Of a stretch of 64,000 nt of DNA, positions 21,715-36,790 are shown piece by piece. Every line of letters starts with the position of its first letter. Position 1 is the first letter of the stretch. A model generated the notes under the pieces. That model saw only the letters and a program-made list of their open reading frames with translations. It searched no databases and had not been told where the DNA came from. The stretch is taken from NCBI GenBank assembly GCA_016748015.1, contig JAAOMT010000175.1:36610-100609 (forward strand), in the 5' to 3' direction. The DNA is from Geosiphon pyriformis uo1 (taxonomy: Eukaryota > Fungi > Glomeromycota). Position numbers and translations under genes: made by a program.

Positions 21715-23548
21715 ATGTTTAAAAAAAAGCTCTTAAAAGTGCTTTCTATAGTCCTACTAGTGATTTTTTTTCACAAAAGAAAAAGATTGTTCTTAGAAAT
21801 ATTAAACACTCTGGTAATAAGAAGGATGTATTTTTAATTAAATCTGGGCCTGGTAATAATGTGTATTCTGATATGAATAGTTTGTTTAGTAATAATGAAA
21901 GAGTTGGCATGTCTGATATTTATGATGGGTCTCCTCTGGACTTAACTGTTACTACTCCCAAAATAAAACATGTTAACACTAGTGCTGGTTTTGGTTCCCT
22001 ATTTGGTTTTTCCAACTTTGATATAGATGATAATGAGGAGGTTTCTTTTCCTCTCCATCTTCCAATTTCTTTAGATAAGAAATGGATTGACTCTAAAATT
22101 GTTAAAACTTAATTGGAAGTTGCTATTAAAAAGTCATTTGCTTTGAACATTAATTTTTTGGTGGTGGAGAGCAAATCAGTAATGACAAAAACACAAGTGA
22201 TCAGAAAAATTTTTTCACTTGTTAATAGTTTTAGAAGAGCCACTACTCCCTCAAAATTTGAAGAGATTATCCAATCTACATTTACCTCAGAAAAAAGCAT
22301 GGAAAGAGTCATATCATTGGCCAAAGAGAAAAGAATTGTCATAAACAATGATCTCAAAAGACAAAGAATTCATTCAGATTAGGCTGTAGTAATTAAAAAA
22401 ATTCTCATAGATACATCAAAAAAAATGATTGTTGCCACTCTGTCTGAGTTTGGTCAAGTGGTGTCAATTCAATTACAACTAATTAGGCTGTGGTAGAATT
22501 TACCAAATCAAGTCAAGCTGATCTGTTGATTGTAAGATAGTTATTTTTAATCAAGAAAGATTCTGTGCATATAACTAAAGCCATAAAAAATTGTGATATA
22601 TAGGCATTAAAAAATTGTTTTAAGGCATTTCTGTTTACTTTGCCAATAAAAACAACAGCTCATAATTTGGGCACTTTATTAAAAAGTGTTAGTGAGAAAA
22701 CTTATATTATTAATCAATTATTTAAATCTGGTAATAAGGTCTGCTGTGCTGTGGTTGGCTTTGAATCTAAAAAAAAATTTAACTCTGCTTTTTGCACAAA
22801 ACCAATCCTTGATGGAGTTAAACTTTTTTGGGCTAAATTTGATTTGGTTTATTGTAAAAAGTGTGAGTATTTTAGACATTCTGTTTTTGAGTGTAATGTG
22901 TCAAAGGCATCAGTTCTGTTTTTCTCAAAACCTTATAAAAAATTTGTCTTAGAGAAGCACTGCTTTCAGCTTACTAAGTTGTATGCAAAAAAAAGTGTTT
23001 CAATTTCTCATCCAGTTGCCTTTGGTAACAAATCTTGGATGCAAATGGCCTCACTTGTTCCTTTTTCTTCTGGTGGTTTTTGTTTCAGTTCTGGTTTTGG
23101 CTTCTCTCTTTCAGGTGTCTTAGGTAACAAAGTTTACACAATGGTTGTTTAAAGTGGTTTTTCAATTAATGATTGTTTGGTATCTTTGAAGCAGTCTTTA
23201 AAGTTTTTGGCTAATCAAGTTTTGGGTATTATAAAAAAGTTGAACATAGTCAATTTAATGCCTCTGGTGCCTGTTTTCTGATTTTCTTCTTTTACTGTAA
23301 CTGTTTTTAGGTTTGAATTCAAAATTGAATATAATATTAGATGCTGTGCCAAGACCTCTTGTGACTTTTTTTCAGCTGTATTAAAACCAAATTCTGCTTT
23401 AGACTTGAGCAGTTTGAAGATTTTAATCACTAAAGTGGGCTGTTTAGAGTCAAAATTGGTGGCTCTTAAGGCTTCTATTAGTTCTGTTTTGATAAAGTTG
23501 GATTGTTTGTGTGCTGGTTTGGGTTTTTTGGTAAAATTTTCATTTTTA
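21715..23548 (+). pseudogene. LINE copy 2 ORF1
   Basis: Homologous to 360-2130; CKKCEYFRHSVFEC knuckle. Confidence 0.8.
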
Positions 23549-26500
23549 TAAGTAATTTAATTTGAAAAATTGCTATGTGTAATGTTCATGGCATCAACAT
23601 TCTAGCCAAGCAAAAAGAAGTTGTACATTGACATATAGACTCAGATAACATAATATTAATTATTACTGAAACAAAGTTAAGATCTAGTATTAAGTCATGG
23701 ATTATAAACAAATTTAATGAGATCAAGATTTTTACATCTGGTTTGGATAAAAATTTTCTTGGTACTGAGATGGCTATCATTGTAAACAATTTTTTGGCTT
23801 GGCATATGTATAAAGTAGATGAAATTTCTGATAGAATTATTTTAATTAAGCTGTTGTTTAAGAGAAAGTTGTTAGTCATGGTTTTAGATTTATATACTGG
23901 TGTTTCTGTCAAAACAAGATTTGGTCAGACATTGGTTATTAATTTCTTCATTGTCAAAGCAGTTAACTTCAGTACTTTTGTGATATTGGGTGAAGATTTC
24001 AATAAAGATAGATCAAAAAAGAGTGCAAGTTTCAATTTTTGTGTAGATCTAGAGTTGGCTAATTTGTTTCTTGAATATTTTTTGGTTAAAGCTTCTACTT
24101 GGAGCAATTTCAGAAGTGTTAAGAAAGTCATTGATTTTATTTTTGTAAGCCAAAATTTGACATTTATTATCACTGGTCACAAGATTGATTCTGTGTTTGA
24201 GTTTTTTAACATTGATTACAAAGTAGTTTTAATTACAATTGGTCTAAATGACTTTTTAGATGTTCAACTTAACAATATATGCAAATAGACTAATATAAAT
24301 AGGTGAAAATTCAGAATTAAGGATACTAATATCAATAAATAAATGAGTTTTTAGAAGTGTTTATTGGGTTTGTTTCTGAAAAGATTGGTGGATTTCAATA
24401 GTGCTAAAAATAGTAGCAACTTAGATTTGATATAGAAGATTCTTAAGGAAATGGTGATATGCTTTGCTAATAAAGTGTTCTCCAAACTATGGTTTTTTAA
24501 GTTTGACAGTTTGAAAAATATGCAGTCTTCAAAGTTTTTCAAGCTAGAATTATTAGTGATCAAACTTGTAAGATGTATCAGTTCAAATTAGTTTTTGAGA
24601 ATTGGCTGTCTTATTAATGCTTGGGTTATCATTAATGAAGAAGAAGCTGTCAAAGTCCATGCTATAATTAATGCTGGTGTTGGTTCTGAAGAATTTTTGC
24701 ATCATTTGTTATGTGTTAAGAAAAAATATTACAAATCAAAATACTATAAATCCAAATCTGTTAGAGATGATTTCATTAGAAGATTTATAGACAAATATAT
24801 AGAAAATTTTTGTTTTGATAAGAGTAAAATAATCAAAAGTGTCTTAAATTGACTATTTCAGAAAGTAGTTCTTAATCACTTGATGGTTGATGATAAACTG
24901 GTTCTAGAGTTATAGATAGTCAAATTTTTAATTAATGCTATTATGGAAGAATAAATAAGGAAGTATACAGTGCCAGAAATTCTGTCTAGTTATTGGCTTA
25001 ATTAATATGCTTCTCTAAGTCACATTAATAACAAAGCTTTTTTGAATGTTATATGTAAGATCAAGGTTGATAAGTTTTTGCAGGTTATTAAGGATTTGCT
25101 TAATAAAAAAGCTGCTGGCCTATTTGGTATTCTGAATAAGCTCTGAAAAAATGGTAATAAATGAGTTTTGGATGGTTTGTTGGATATTTTAAATAGATGC
25201 TTGATGTTAGATACTGTTCTTAAGCAATAAAAGAAGACCTGAGTTTTTATAATACTAAAGTCTTATAATTAGAAGAAAATTCTAACAAACACCAGACTAA
25301 TAGTCTTGATTAAAACAGTCTGTAAAATTTTGTTTAAAATTTTTTCAAATAAGATCTCCTTTGTTTGTAGCAGATTTGATATTTTATGTGGTAATAACTT
25401 TTTAGTATTAAAAAACATGTCTATTCAATTTCTTATTTTTACTGTTAGCTTTGTTGTTAAGAATGTATTGAAGAAGAACCATGAACTATGGCTGGTTCTA
25501 CAGAATATGTACAAGACATATAATTAAGTTGGTTGGTTTCATTTAAGAAACAGTTTAGTTAGAATCAAAATGTGTTCCTGTTTTATTAAGTTTTTTGAGA
25601 CTATACACAATAAAAGATTCAATTATGTAATAATAAATTTTGGGCTAATTGATAGATATACTGTTTATAATGGCCTAGATTAGAGTAAAGTTTTCTCATC
25701 TTTGTTGTGGAGAATCTTTTATGATTCACTACTTTGTGAAGTTAAGAGACATAAAAGTTTATATGAATATAGATTGAATTCTAAGTTTTTCATACATATT
25801 GGCAGACAAGATCAAAAAGATGGCCTGATCTTTTTTTTTGCAGCTGGAACTTTTATGAATAATACTATTTGGGTTGAAAATAGCATGTCTGTCACTCAGC
25901 ATATTTTAGACTTAGCTAATGAGTTTTTTCACATAAATGATATTTCAATCAATATAAATAAAACAGTAACCATATCTATTAATTAGAGAGTAGAAATTCC
26001 TCAGTTGTTAATAAGTGAGTCTTACATCTTAATTGTCAAAAAAGGCAAATTTTATAGATAGTTGGACATCTTTTTGTCTACTAATGGTCTTTTAAGATTC
26101 AGTTTTGCTAAAGCTCAGTCTAATATTAGGTTTTTTGTAAATTTGGTTTTAAAAAAAACAGTGTTTGACAAACAATTTTTATATTTGATATCTGCTGTTT
26201 TACAGTCAATAATTGATTACAGATTACAATTTAGTTATGTATCTTTAAATATGTGTAAAAAGTGAAACAAGTTACTAAGAAAAAGACTGAAGCTAAAAGC
26301 CAATTTGCCCAAAAATTTTTCCAATGAAGCCATTTTTCATCTTGAATTGTATGGTCTTAAAACTTTCAGATAGGTGTTGGTTAAAAACTTTTTGGCAAAT
26401 TTGGTGAATTTTGTAAATTCAAAAGGCATTCTTAGTAGATTATTCGAACATAAGGCCATGGATCTGCAGACCATCAGTTAGATACTCTGACAATCTCTTA

Positions 26501-26910
26501 GTTTCCCAATTATATTGTCAATCAATTTCATAAACTGTTTTCTAGCTGGTGTGACTAACACTCTGATATTATGTAGGCTCTTATTGAACATTAATTTGTT
26601 GAATGTTTTTTGAGCTAGAAATGACATTGTTGTTGCTAATGTATTGGGTTTGAAGTGCTATTTGGGTGCTATAGGTGCTTTGAGAAAATTTGGTATTATT
26701 TTTACAAACCAGCTCTTAGATTATTAGAGTGCATGTTTTACATAGAGTAATTTTTGCAGATAGAAAAAATTGGATCTCAAAAGACTGGTTCTGGTTGGTT
26801 TAGTCTAATAATTAAGTTTATTAGAGATGGCAGTTTGACTAATGAAAACTTTTTTGCTTTTCATCTTATTTCTGATTGTTGTTTAAATAGTTTTGACTAT
26901 GTTAGTAACT
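23547..26910 (+). pseudogene. LINE copy 2 ORF2 (APE endonuclease and RT)
   Basis: KIAMCNVHG, ITETK, LGEDFN, IDFIF; TRLIVL, SSLLWRIFYD, FMNNT (decayed FxDD). Confidence 0.85.
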
Positions 26911-27859
26911 CTTTTTTTGAATGTTGTTAATGTTGATTTGCTGTGAATTCATGTTCTCAGAAAGAAGTTGGACCTCTAGTAACTGAATTTATCTTCAAAT
27001 TATCTCTTATAATTTGAACTGTTGGGCTTATAAGTGGAATGGCCAATTCCATATCAGTTGCTTTGTGTAGTTATGTTGTAGTAAACATCAACTTTTTCCC
27101 AGGAATTGCTTGTCTGGAAGCTCACTAAAAATGTGTAGTTATTTTACTGTAAAAGTCAACTCTTCTACAAGAATTTTACCTGTAGGCTACCCTAATAATT
27201 ATAATAAAAAAAGAAAAAAAAAAGAAAAAAAATATAAAAGAAATAGAATTGTGTCAAAAAAAACGTTTTCTATCCAGGCCTGGAGTTATTAACAGATTAT
27301 TGAAATTGGTAGCTAATCAATTTCAAAACGTTAGTTGTGTTGAAAAAATTTCAAGTATAATAATCAAAGGATTTGGTTTTCGAATATTTAATTTTTATTT
27401 GAAATGTGTAAAAAGTGATTTGTTCTAATTAAGATATTTAAAGTGAGATACTATGTTAAGATACTATGAGAAGATACATTTTCTTGAAGAGAGAAGCTCT
27501 TTTTTTATACAACTTGTTGTAGTACTAGTCTTTGAACCTGCACTTTTCTCTTTGCTATAATTTGGGTGAACTAAAGATACATTTCGGCAAACTACAAGTT
27601 ATTTCACTGAACTATTGATTATTTCAGCCAATTTCTATTAATTTCGGCAAATTTTGACTATGTTAAATGGTTTAAGATATTGTGTAATTTGATCATCTTA
27701 ATTTCTAGAGTACAAATTGAATTATTGATTGAGTAATGATATTTGATAATTTGAATAAATAATAAGTGATATTTGAAATAATGATAATATATGCTAATTA
27801 ATAATAGGAATTATGAGAGTAATTTTATGCTAATTAATAGTTAAATTCTACTGGTAACA
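26909..27859 (-). repeat. 3' LTR of C (terminal ~20 bp lost)
   Basis: Direct repeat of 35838-36790. Confidence 0.9.
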
Positions 27860-28546
27860 TAATCTCTTCCTCAAGACTGAGCTCTGTTGAAATTCAAGCA
27901 CTATCTGTGATATTAAGATAGTGGTCCAAGATAATTGAAGTGATCTGGTCTGAAAATTGTTGAAATTTCAGTTCTGTGAGTTTGCCAATATGTTGAACTT
28001 TTATTGGTTGCAGTATTGAATTTTGTAGGACATTTTTGCAAGTATTGAACAAATCATAAAGTCTAAAAGCTGTTCTAAGTTTGTAGTGAGTGTTTGTTGG
28101 TCCAGCTACTGTTTTAAATTCATTGTGAATTTGTTTTTGTATAGCCTCAAAAGTGATGTTGGTTGCTTCAAGTTCCAGTTTTCATTTATAAAGTGTTTTT
28201 CCAATATGAAAATATCTATATATTAAAGTATGTTTATTGTTCTGTTTATTAAAAAATAGTAGAAGTTTTTGTTAAATTGTGACATTTGGTGGGATGTCAA
28301 TAGAGACAATTAAAAAGTTTTTTTTCAGTGTTTGCTTCAAAAGTTCTGGTAATTTATTTTCAAAGTGACCTCTTGTTTTTTTTTATAGGAGTGATAATTC
28401 TGAGAATTATTTACTACTGGGGCTGTGGTTTCTTTTTGAATGTAATTAATTTGACTTCCATTAATCGTTATGAATAAGTCAGGAAGTGTTTTCAAAGCTA
28501 ACATTAATTTTTGGAATATTTGTTGAATATTTCGGGGAATAATCAT
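27860..28546 (-). pseudogene. C ORF3
   Basis: MIIPRNIQQIFQKL...YRYFHIGKTL...RTAFRLYDLF. Confidence 0.75.
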
Positions 28547-28708
28547 GATAAAAATGACTAACTAATAAACAAAATTTGTAAAAAGAATAAAGAAAATTAT
28601 TTTTGGGTATAGAATTTTTATTTGTTTTTGGGTTTGAATGTTTATAATTATTTACTATTTTTGATTTATGTTTTTGTGTCTTTTAAAAAGGTTTGTAAAA
28701 ATGTTAAA

Positions 28709-30094
28709 TTAAGTGTTCAAGTTTGGTTGTTGTTCTATTATAATTATTGGTTCTAAATTTTGAGAAATATTTTCAGGATTAATTAAAGAGAAATGTGTAC
28801 CAATTTGTGAAATTAATGGTTCAAGATTGTTTTTGAAATGATAGTGTTTCAATCAATCTCCATGTGCAACTTTTGTTAGTACTCTGTTATTAAGTCTTAA
28901 CTTATATGATCTATTGTCTAGAATTTCGTGAATATAAAATGGTCCATTTCATTTATGTTCAAATTTTTCACTCCATTGTTTTTCAGCCTTAGTTCTATAT
29001 AAGAGAACTTTATTTCTAACTTTAAATTCGTTGGTAACTGGTGGTAGTTTGTTGTCATGTCTTTTTTTTTGTAAGGGTTGAAAGTGTTCAATATGAGTGG
29101 CTGTTATGTGTTTCTTTCCTTTTAATATACTAAGAAGAGTGTAAGCTCTTCTTTGAAGTGTTTTTTGGAAGTTTTCTTCATTAATTGGTTGCACTAGATA
29201 TGTTTCTACTGTGAAATTATTTGGTAATATTGCTGTCCTTCCATAAATAAGATCAAATGATGTGTGTTTTATAGTATTTTGTTTTAGTGTTTTGTATGCT
29301 AGTAACACTGATGGAATAAAAATATTTCATTCCTATTCAAAATCTGTTGAGACTTTGGCTAAATATTCATACAATGTTCTGTTAAACTATTCTACAAGTT
29401 CATTTGTTTGGGGGTGATAAAGTGATGATAAAGGTCTTTTAATATTGAATTGTTTACAAATTTCTTGTATCAAGTTGTTCACAAAATGTGTTTCTTGATT
29501 TGATAAAAGTTCAATTGAACATCCATATCTACAAATAATGTCTTTATAAATGAAATTTGCTACTGATTTTACATCTGCTTTTTGGATGGCTCTAGCTTCA
29601 GACCATTTGGTAAGATAATCTACTGTAACTGCAATATAACAATTTTCTTGAGTTGTAATAGATAATGGTCTAACTAAATCAATTCTAACTCTGTCAAAAG
29701 GTTGTCCAACTTTGATTGGATTTAAAGACTCTGTGGGGTGAGTTCCTTATCTTTTTTGACAACTATTACAAGAATCTACATATTGTTGAATGTCTTTTTG
29801 CATGTGAGACCAAAAATAATGTTTAAAAGTTCTCTGAATTGTTCTATCTTTTCCCAAGTGTGTTGAAGAAGAATTTGTGTGCATGTTGTATAGAATTGTT
29901 TTTTTTTCATTTTTTTGTACTAATCAGAGTAGTTGGTTTGGATTTCTGTGATTTTTGTAATAGATTTTGTTGTAGTGTATAAAATATTGTTTAGATTGGT
30001 ATTGTAATCGATGTTTTTCACTTGGAAACCAATTTTCTGGTATGGTAAGAGTCTCCAAATAGTTTTTAAGATTGTTGTAATTTCTGGGATCTAT
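28709..30094 (-). pseudogene. C integrase (stand-alone ORF)
   Basis: (M)DPRNYNNLKNYL; YHPQTNELVE; NGPF; LEPIIII. Confidence 0.85.
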
Positions 30095-30150
30095 TGTTGT
30101 TTTGTTATTTGTTAGTAGGTTGGTAAGTTGTAGTGGATTTGTTGGTGGTA

Positions 30151-33100
30151 TTAATCTTGTTTCATTCTTAAAAAGCTATCAACATTAGTGTATAGTTTTT
30201 CTGGTTTGTAGTGTACAATATATTTGTAGTTCATTAGGAAATTATTCCATTAAGACTGTTTGGTATTTTGTTCAGTCTTCTTTTTATTGAGCCATTTGAA
30301 ACCAATATTGTCAGTTATAATGTCAAATTTTTTTCTATTCTTTAGATATTGTTGAAAATATTTAATAGCCCAAATAACTGTAATAGCTTCTAATTTAGTT
30401 GAACCATATTTGAGTTCTGTTAGTTTGAGTGTTCTGCTGACATAGACAATGACTTGCTCTTGGCTATTTTCATCTAATTGTGATAAAATGGCACTGAATG
30501 CTATATGTAAGGCATCAGTGGCTAGTTAGAATCATTTGTTGAAGTCTGGGCAAGCAAGAACTGAGACTGTTGTTAATTTTGTTTTGAAAGTATTAAAGAC
30601 TTTTTGTTGTTCTTTAGTCCATTGATATGGCATGTTTTTGTTGATAAAATAATTGAGTGGTTTGGCAATTTCTGAGAATTCTTTTATGAATTTTCGATAG
30701 TAGGAGACTAATCTTACAAATCTTCATAGCTCTGTGGTATTTTTGGGAATTTGAAAGTTTTTGACAGCACTGATTGTTCCAGGATTTGGTTTGACTCCAT
30801 CTTTGCTAATAATGTGTCTAAAAAAGATTAAACTTGTTTTTTCAAAGTGACATTTCTTAATGTTCAACTTTAATCTTGCTTTCCATAATCGTTAAAAAAC
30901 TTCTCACAAGTGAATAAAATGAGCTTCAAAGCTTGGGAAGTATACATCAGTGTTATCAAAATAGACAACTACTGATTGTCACAAGAGTCTTTTATATACA
31001 ACATTCATGAGTTATTGAAATGTTGTTGGTGCATTGCAAAGGCCAAAAAGCATAATATTGAATTTATAGTTTTCTTCTTGAGTGGTAAATGCTGTTTTGG
31101 GTCGATCTTTTGGATCTATTTTGACTTGTCAGTATCTACTTTCCAAGTCTAAAGTTGAGAAGAACTTGGCTTTTCTTAAAGTGTCTAACATGTTATCAAT
31201 TCTTGGAAGAGGGTAGGCATTTCCAATTGTGACACTATTCAATTGTCAATAGTTAACACAAAATCTGATTTTTTCATTTTTCTTTTTGATAAGAACTACT
31301 AATAAGGCCTATGCACTTCTTAATGGTTGAATCAATCCATTATTGAGCATTTTTTGGACTTCTTCTCTGATGAATTGGTGGCTGGCAGGTGGTACTTGAT
31401 AAGCTTGTTGTCATTTTGGTAGAACATCTTCTGTGTGGATCTGGTGTTGAACAATATCAGTTTTTCCAAGATAATTGTTGTCTTTTGCAAATATATTTGC
31501 AAATTCAGCTATCAGTTGTTTCAATTGTCTTTGTTGTTGGGGTTTTAAGAGACCCATGTTGATTTGAAAGAGTTTTTCTTCCAAAAGGTGGTAGTTTTTA
31601 GTAGTAAAAATGATGTTTGGATTTGGAAGTAGTGTATGTCTTATAATTTCGATAAAATTAGAGACAATTTGAGGGTTTTTATCTTGAAAAATGTTACTGT
31701 ATATGATTCCAATCTCTAATTTGTTCAATAAGACAATAGGGTAATTATTGGGATTGTAGAATATAACTTGAAATTTTTTTATTCTTTTGGGAATATAAAC
31801 ATTTGGGATTAAGATTTCATGCTTTAAACAGATTTGTTTATTGGATTCAAAAATTTGTTGGGTATTGGTGGGTTTTGAGCAAGTGTAAATTTCATAATGT
31901 TCTCCAAAAGATAAAATAATAGTTGATTGGAGAAGTTGAAGAATCTGGTGGGATTCATTTTGTGTATTGAGAGCTATGTTTACTGGTACTGTAAACCATC
32001 TAATTAAACCAAAACTTTGCATCCCTCTTTCACTTTTTCCCAATTGTTCTCTGTTGTTTACTGATTGTAAACCCGAAATGTTGATTAAAAGTAGATAAAT
32101 TACTTGGACAATCTTTTCAGCATGTTCAATCCTGAATAATTTGTCTGTTTCATTCTGCAACATGATAGTAATGTCTTCAGTATATTCTGCATCTATAACT
32201 CCTCCTCTAATGTTGATTTCTTTGCTTGCTAATAATGATCTGAATGCAATTTGAATCATTGCTCTAGGTAAAATTTCAAGAGTGATTTTGAGATTGATTT
32301 TTGTCAAAGACTTTGGTTGGAGAACCAAAGTATCTTTTCCTGGGTATCTTAGATTATATCTAACATTAATTTCGTGTGCTTTTTCTGGTTTTATTCCTTG
32401 GCCATGGTTGTCAAAATATTTAAGTTGTAGAGGTAATTGATTTTTAAGAAAATAGATGGAAGTACTTGGTAGTTTTTCTACCAGTTCAAATATTCCAAAT
32501 TCGATTTTATTTTTATCATTTTCATCTGATAGAGGAATGCTAAAAGCATAATATTCTAAACACCATTGGTTATCACAAGACATAATACATTCTTCACATA
32601 ATTAAATGTTCAATTGCTCTAATTATTGAATTTAAGCTTCTTTGGTTGGGTATGTATAACTTGCAATTTGGTGGTAGGTTTCTACTTCATTTTTATAATC
32701 AAATCTAATTAATTCTATAGTATACTCAATATATTCAGCTTCTTTCATTTGGTGGACATCTTTTTGTATGGCTCTATTGATTAATGCTATTGCTAAGTCA
32801 AAAATCATTTCAGCATTATGAAGATAGTGATAGAGTTTATTGAGAATATTGTTGTATGCTGCATCAAATGGTGTTTTTTTTTTGACTTTTTCCGAAATTA
32901 ATAGAGCATATTAACAAGTTTGATTACATATTCCTCCTCTCATTGCAACATCAATCCAGTTGCATTCTTTTGGTAGCATATCTCCACATATAAGGCAAGG
33001 TGTGTTGTCCTATTTTCCACTTTTTTTTGGAAATCCAAATCGTTCTCTATGGCATGTTTTGCAAAAGTAGCAGGTGCAAGTTTTATATTTCTCTTCTGAA

Positions 33101-35773
33101 AAAATACATGCTCTCATTGATAAAAGTTTTTTGTTGCAATTTTTGCATTTAAGTAGAATGTAAGGTGGTTTTTTTTGTGGTTCTGGTGTAGAATACCTAA
33201 CTTTTTTCTATTCTCTTAATTCTTCAAAAATCTTTTGTTCTGTTTCCTCAGCCCAATTGGATGTTGATCCAAGTGCCATATAAGTTTCAGTAAGTGGCAT
33301 TTCCTTCTTTTCCTCAAATTCAAACACTAGGGCTTTTTCTAATTGTTTGTTAAAAGTGTTACACATAGCAGGTACTATGGTGTATTGTTCTTGATATGAG
33401 ATTTTAAGTTCCTAAGTTTCTCAATCTAACTTTGCATTGGTCTTAAGAAGCCAATCATTTCTGATGAGAGCTTGGTATTGAGATGCATTCATGACTAGAA
33501 CTTTAACTGAAATGGTGATTTCATCAATAGTGAATGAGAAATTGTCAATTTCTCCTACTGGTGTCTTTTTTATATTATTTGTTGTAATAATTACTGTTTG
33601 GGCTAGTCTGTTAACATTTTGATTAAGTTGTTGCATTAATTGGTAGATGATAATACTTCCAGCAGATCTACTGTCTAGAATTAATCAAATGGGCTTTTTT
33701 TTTACTGTAGCTTTAGTGTATATGGCAGTAATAGCTTTTTGCTCATTAACTGCTGCATTGCTAAGCAAGAATGGTGATTCATTGGCTTCAAATTCGAATC
33801 GAAAGATATCTGACAGGTTGGCATTTTGGGCAATTTGGGCTGATGGAATGATATTGTTAAAAGGGTTTGATCTTAATGCTATAACTTCATCTTCAAAAAG
33901 TACAGATTGTTGAAAATTCGATCTTTCAGGCATTGTAAGATAACTGGGTTGAGTGTAATAGTGATTGGGTCTTTGCTGACCAGAATTTTGAAGAACCAAC
34001 TGGTTGTTTGGATTGTTTCTGTTGTTGTTATTCTGAAATTGATTTTGGGGTGTAAATTGGTTATGTTGAACCAATCTTCTGGCTGGTATTTGATATTGTT
34101 GAGTAGGTGGTGTCTGATATTGCTGAATTGGTAAAGGTTGCTGATATTGTTACTGCATTGGTTGTGAAGCTGGTTAATAGTAACTGTTTTGATTTTGTGG
34201 TCTTGGTGAATAATAAGTTGGTGGTGGAGGTTGGTAATAAGATTGTTGTAGTGAAGAATAACATTGATTACTCCTGTTTTGTTGGTCTCTCTGTAATTTC
34301 TTGCAATCTTGTTTCCAGTATCCTGAGATTTCACAATAATAGCAATTTTGAAATTGGTTGTTGGATGGTAATCCAAAATTGTTTTGATTGCGTTATTGTG
34401 GGGGTTGGTATCTTTGTGGTTGTTGCTGCTATTGTTGTTGATTTGTAAAGTAGCTTTCAACCTTTTTTGTGAGTTGGTTTATTTTTTTTTCAGCTGCTGA
34501 GCTGGTTTTTCCAATAGCTAGATTGACAAGTTTGGTGTGGTTTGCTTCTTCCATTGCTATTTTATAGTTTTTTGCATGTCTAATGACAGTTGCTAAGTCT
34601 TCTAAAGCATGTGGACAAACTTTTTTATGAGTTTGTCTTTTAATTTTGCTATGAACTGATTCAGAATCTGGGCATTGAAATAGTAGTTATTGGTTTCCAA
34701 TTGTCAAATTTGTCTCAAAAGTTTATTGAATCTTTCAAGATAGGTCATAACAGTTTCAGATGTTTTTTGTTTAATATTTTGAAAACAATTGTGAAGAGTG
34801 ATAGAGGTGTTGTTGTCAGTGAATTGTTATAAAAAAGCATCTTTAAATGCTTGCCAGTTTTCAAATGGTTTTTCTAAGTTTTCAAACTATTCTTCTGCAG
34901 TTCCTTGGAAAAAGTATGAGATTACTTTAAGCATTTTTGCTGTATTTCAACCATTTGCATCTCCTGCTTTCTAGACTTTATCAAGCCATTCTTGTGAACT
35001 GGTATCATTGTCTTCACCAGTGAATTCAAGAATCTTTGCAATATAAGCAGTTGTCATGTCTTCTTTATTTTTTGTGGTTTCTTCTTGTTTTGATTCAGTT
35101 TCTTTACTTTTCAAGTTTTTTGAATGATTACTTTCATTTTCCTGTAAGTAATCAATAATATTGGTGCTTGTTGATATGGATTTCTGCAGTTGAGTAGGAT
35201 TTTTAGGTGACTGAAAATCTTCTGGTCTGGAAAAATGGTTAAATGGTGAATTTAGTGTTTGTAGTTAAGCAAGTAAAATTAAAAATAGTATAATAGAAAG
35301 TGGTAATTTGACACTGGTTCTTTGTTCAGGTGTTTGCAAGTATTTGACAGTTGTCTTTGGTAGTATTGGAGTGTTTAAGGTGATTCTTGAGTATTGTTTC
35401 ACTTTTTGTTTGCCTTTGTTGCTTGTTTCTGTTTTTGATTTAAAGTCAAGAGAGTATTTGAACTGTACTGAGTATTTTTCTTCACAATACTCAGTAATGT
35501 TAAAATTAAGTTCTTGAAAGTAAGTAACAAGTGTTTCACTGTTTAGGTCTTTTATTCCCAATTGTGAATAGTGCACTAAATTATTGTAGAGATTGTTTCT
35601 GACTTCTGAAATGTTGTAGTTTCCAAAAAATAGTTGTTGATGCAATTTTCAATGTATTGGTATAGTGATTTTTTGAAAATTTCAATTCCGTCTTGGATGT
35701 TGAATCTTTGCTTGCAGTGTATATAAATTGACTGATAATACTCTAGAGTTGTTGTGTCTGATATGGTCGCCAT
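30151..35773 (-). pseudogene. C gag-pol: gag, Q/N/P-rich region, PR, Cys domain, dUTPase, RT, RNase H
   Basis: ATG 35773; ALIRNDWL; CKNC/CKTC/CLIC; RGGVIDAEY, ERGMQSFG; LPRIDNML; ends NVDSFLRMKQD*. Confidence 0.88.
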
Positions 35774-35818
35774 TTTGAAGTTGTTTTTGTTGTGTTGTTT
35801 CCATGAAAGAGCACCAAA

Positions 35819-36790
35819 TATTACTGGAGGTTTTTGGTCTTTTTTTTTGAATGTTGTTAATGTTAATTTGCTGTAAATTCACGTTCTCAGGAAGTAGTTG
35901 GACCTCCAGTAACTGAATTTATCTTCAAATTATCTCCTATAATTTGAACTGCTGGACTTATAAGTGAAATGGCCAATTTCATACCAGTTGCTTTGTGTAG
36001 TTACATTGTAGTAAATGTCAACTCTTTTCCAGGAATTGCTTGTCTAGAAGCTCACTAAAAATGTGTAGTTACTTTACTATAAAAGTCAACTCTTCTACAG
36101 AAATCTTGTTTGTAAGCTACTCTAATAATTATAATAAAAAAAGAAAGAAAAAAATAAAAAAAATGTCAAAAAAATAGAATTGTGTCAAGGAAAACGTTTT
36201 CTATTCAGGCCTGGAGTCATTAACAGTTTATTAAAATTGGTAGCTAATCAATTTCAAAACATTAGTTGTGTTGAGGAAATTTCAAGTATAATAATCAAAG
36301 GATTTGGTTTTCGAATATTTAATTTTTATTTGAAATGTGTAAAAAGTGATTTGTTCTAATTAAGATATCTAAAGTGAAATACTATGTTAAGATACTATGA
36401 GAAGATATATTTTTTTGAAGAGAAAAGCTCTTATTTTATACAACTTGTTGTAGTACTAGTCTTTGAACTTGCACTTTTCTCTTTGCTATAATTTGGGTAA
36501 ACTAAAGATATATTTTGGCAAATTACAAGTTATTTTACTAAACTATTGATTATTTCAGCCAATTTCTATTAATTTCGGCGAATTTTAACTATGTTAAATG
36601 GTTCAGAGTATTGTGTAATTTGATCATCTTAATTTCTAGAGTACAAATCGAATTATTGATTAAGTAATGATATTTGATAATTTGATTAAATAATAAGTAA
36701 TATTCGAAATAATGATAATATATGCTAATTAATAATAGGAATTATGAGAGTAATTTTATGCTAATTAATAGTTAAATTCTACTGGTAACA
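35819..36790 (-). repeat. 5' LTR of C
   Basis: TGTTAC start on the minus strand, adjacent PBS. Confidence 0.93.

Larger units (their letters stand above)
26909..36790 (-). mobile_element. Ty3/Gypsy LTR retrotransposon C (dUTPase-bearing), nested in LINE copy 2
   Basis: LTR pair; PBS TGGTGCTCTTTC at ~35805-35816; PPT GAGGAAGAGA at ~27863-27872; all domains in order. Confidence 0.92.
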
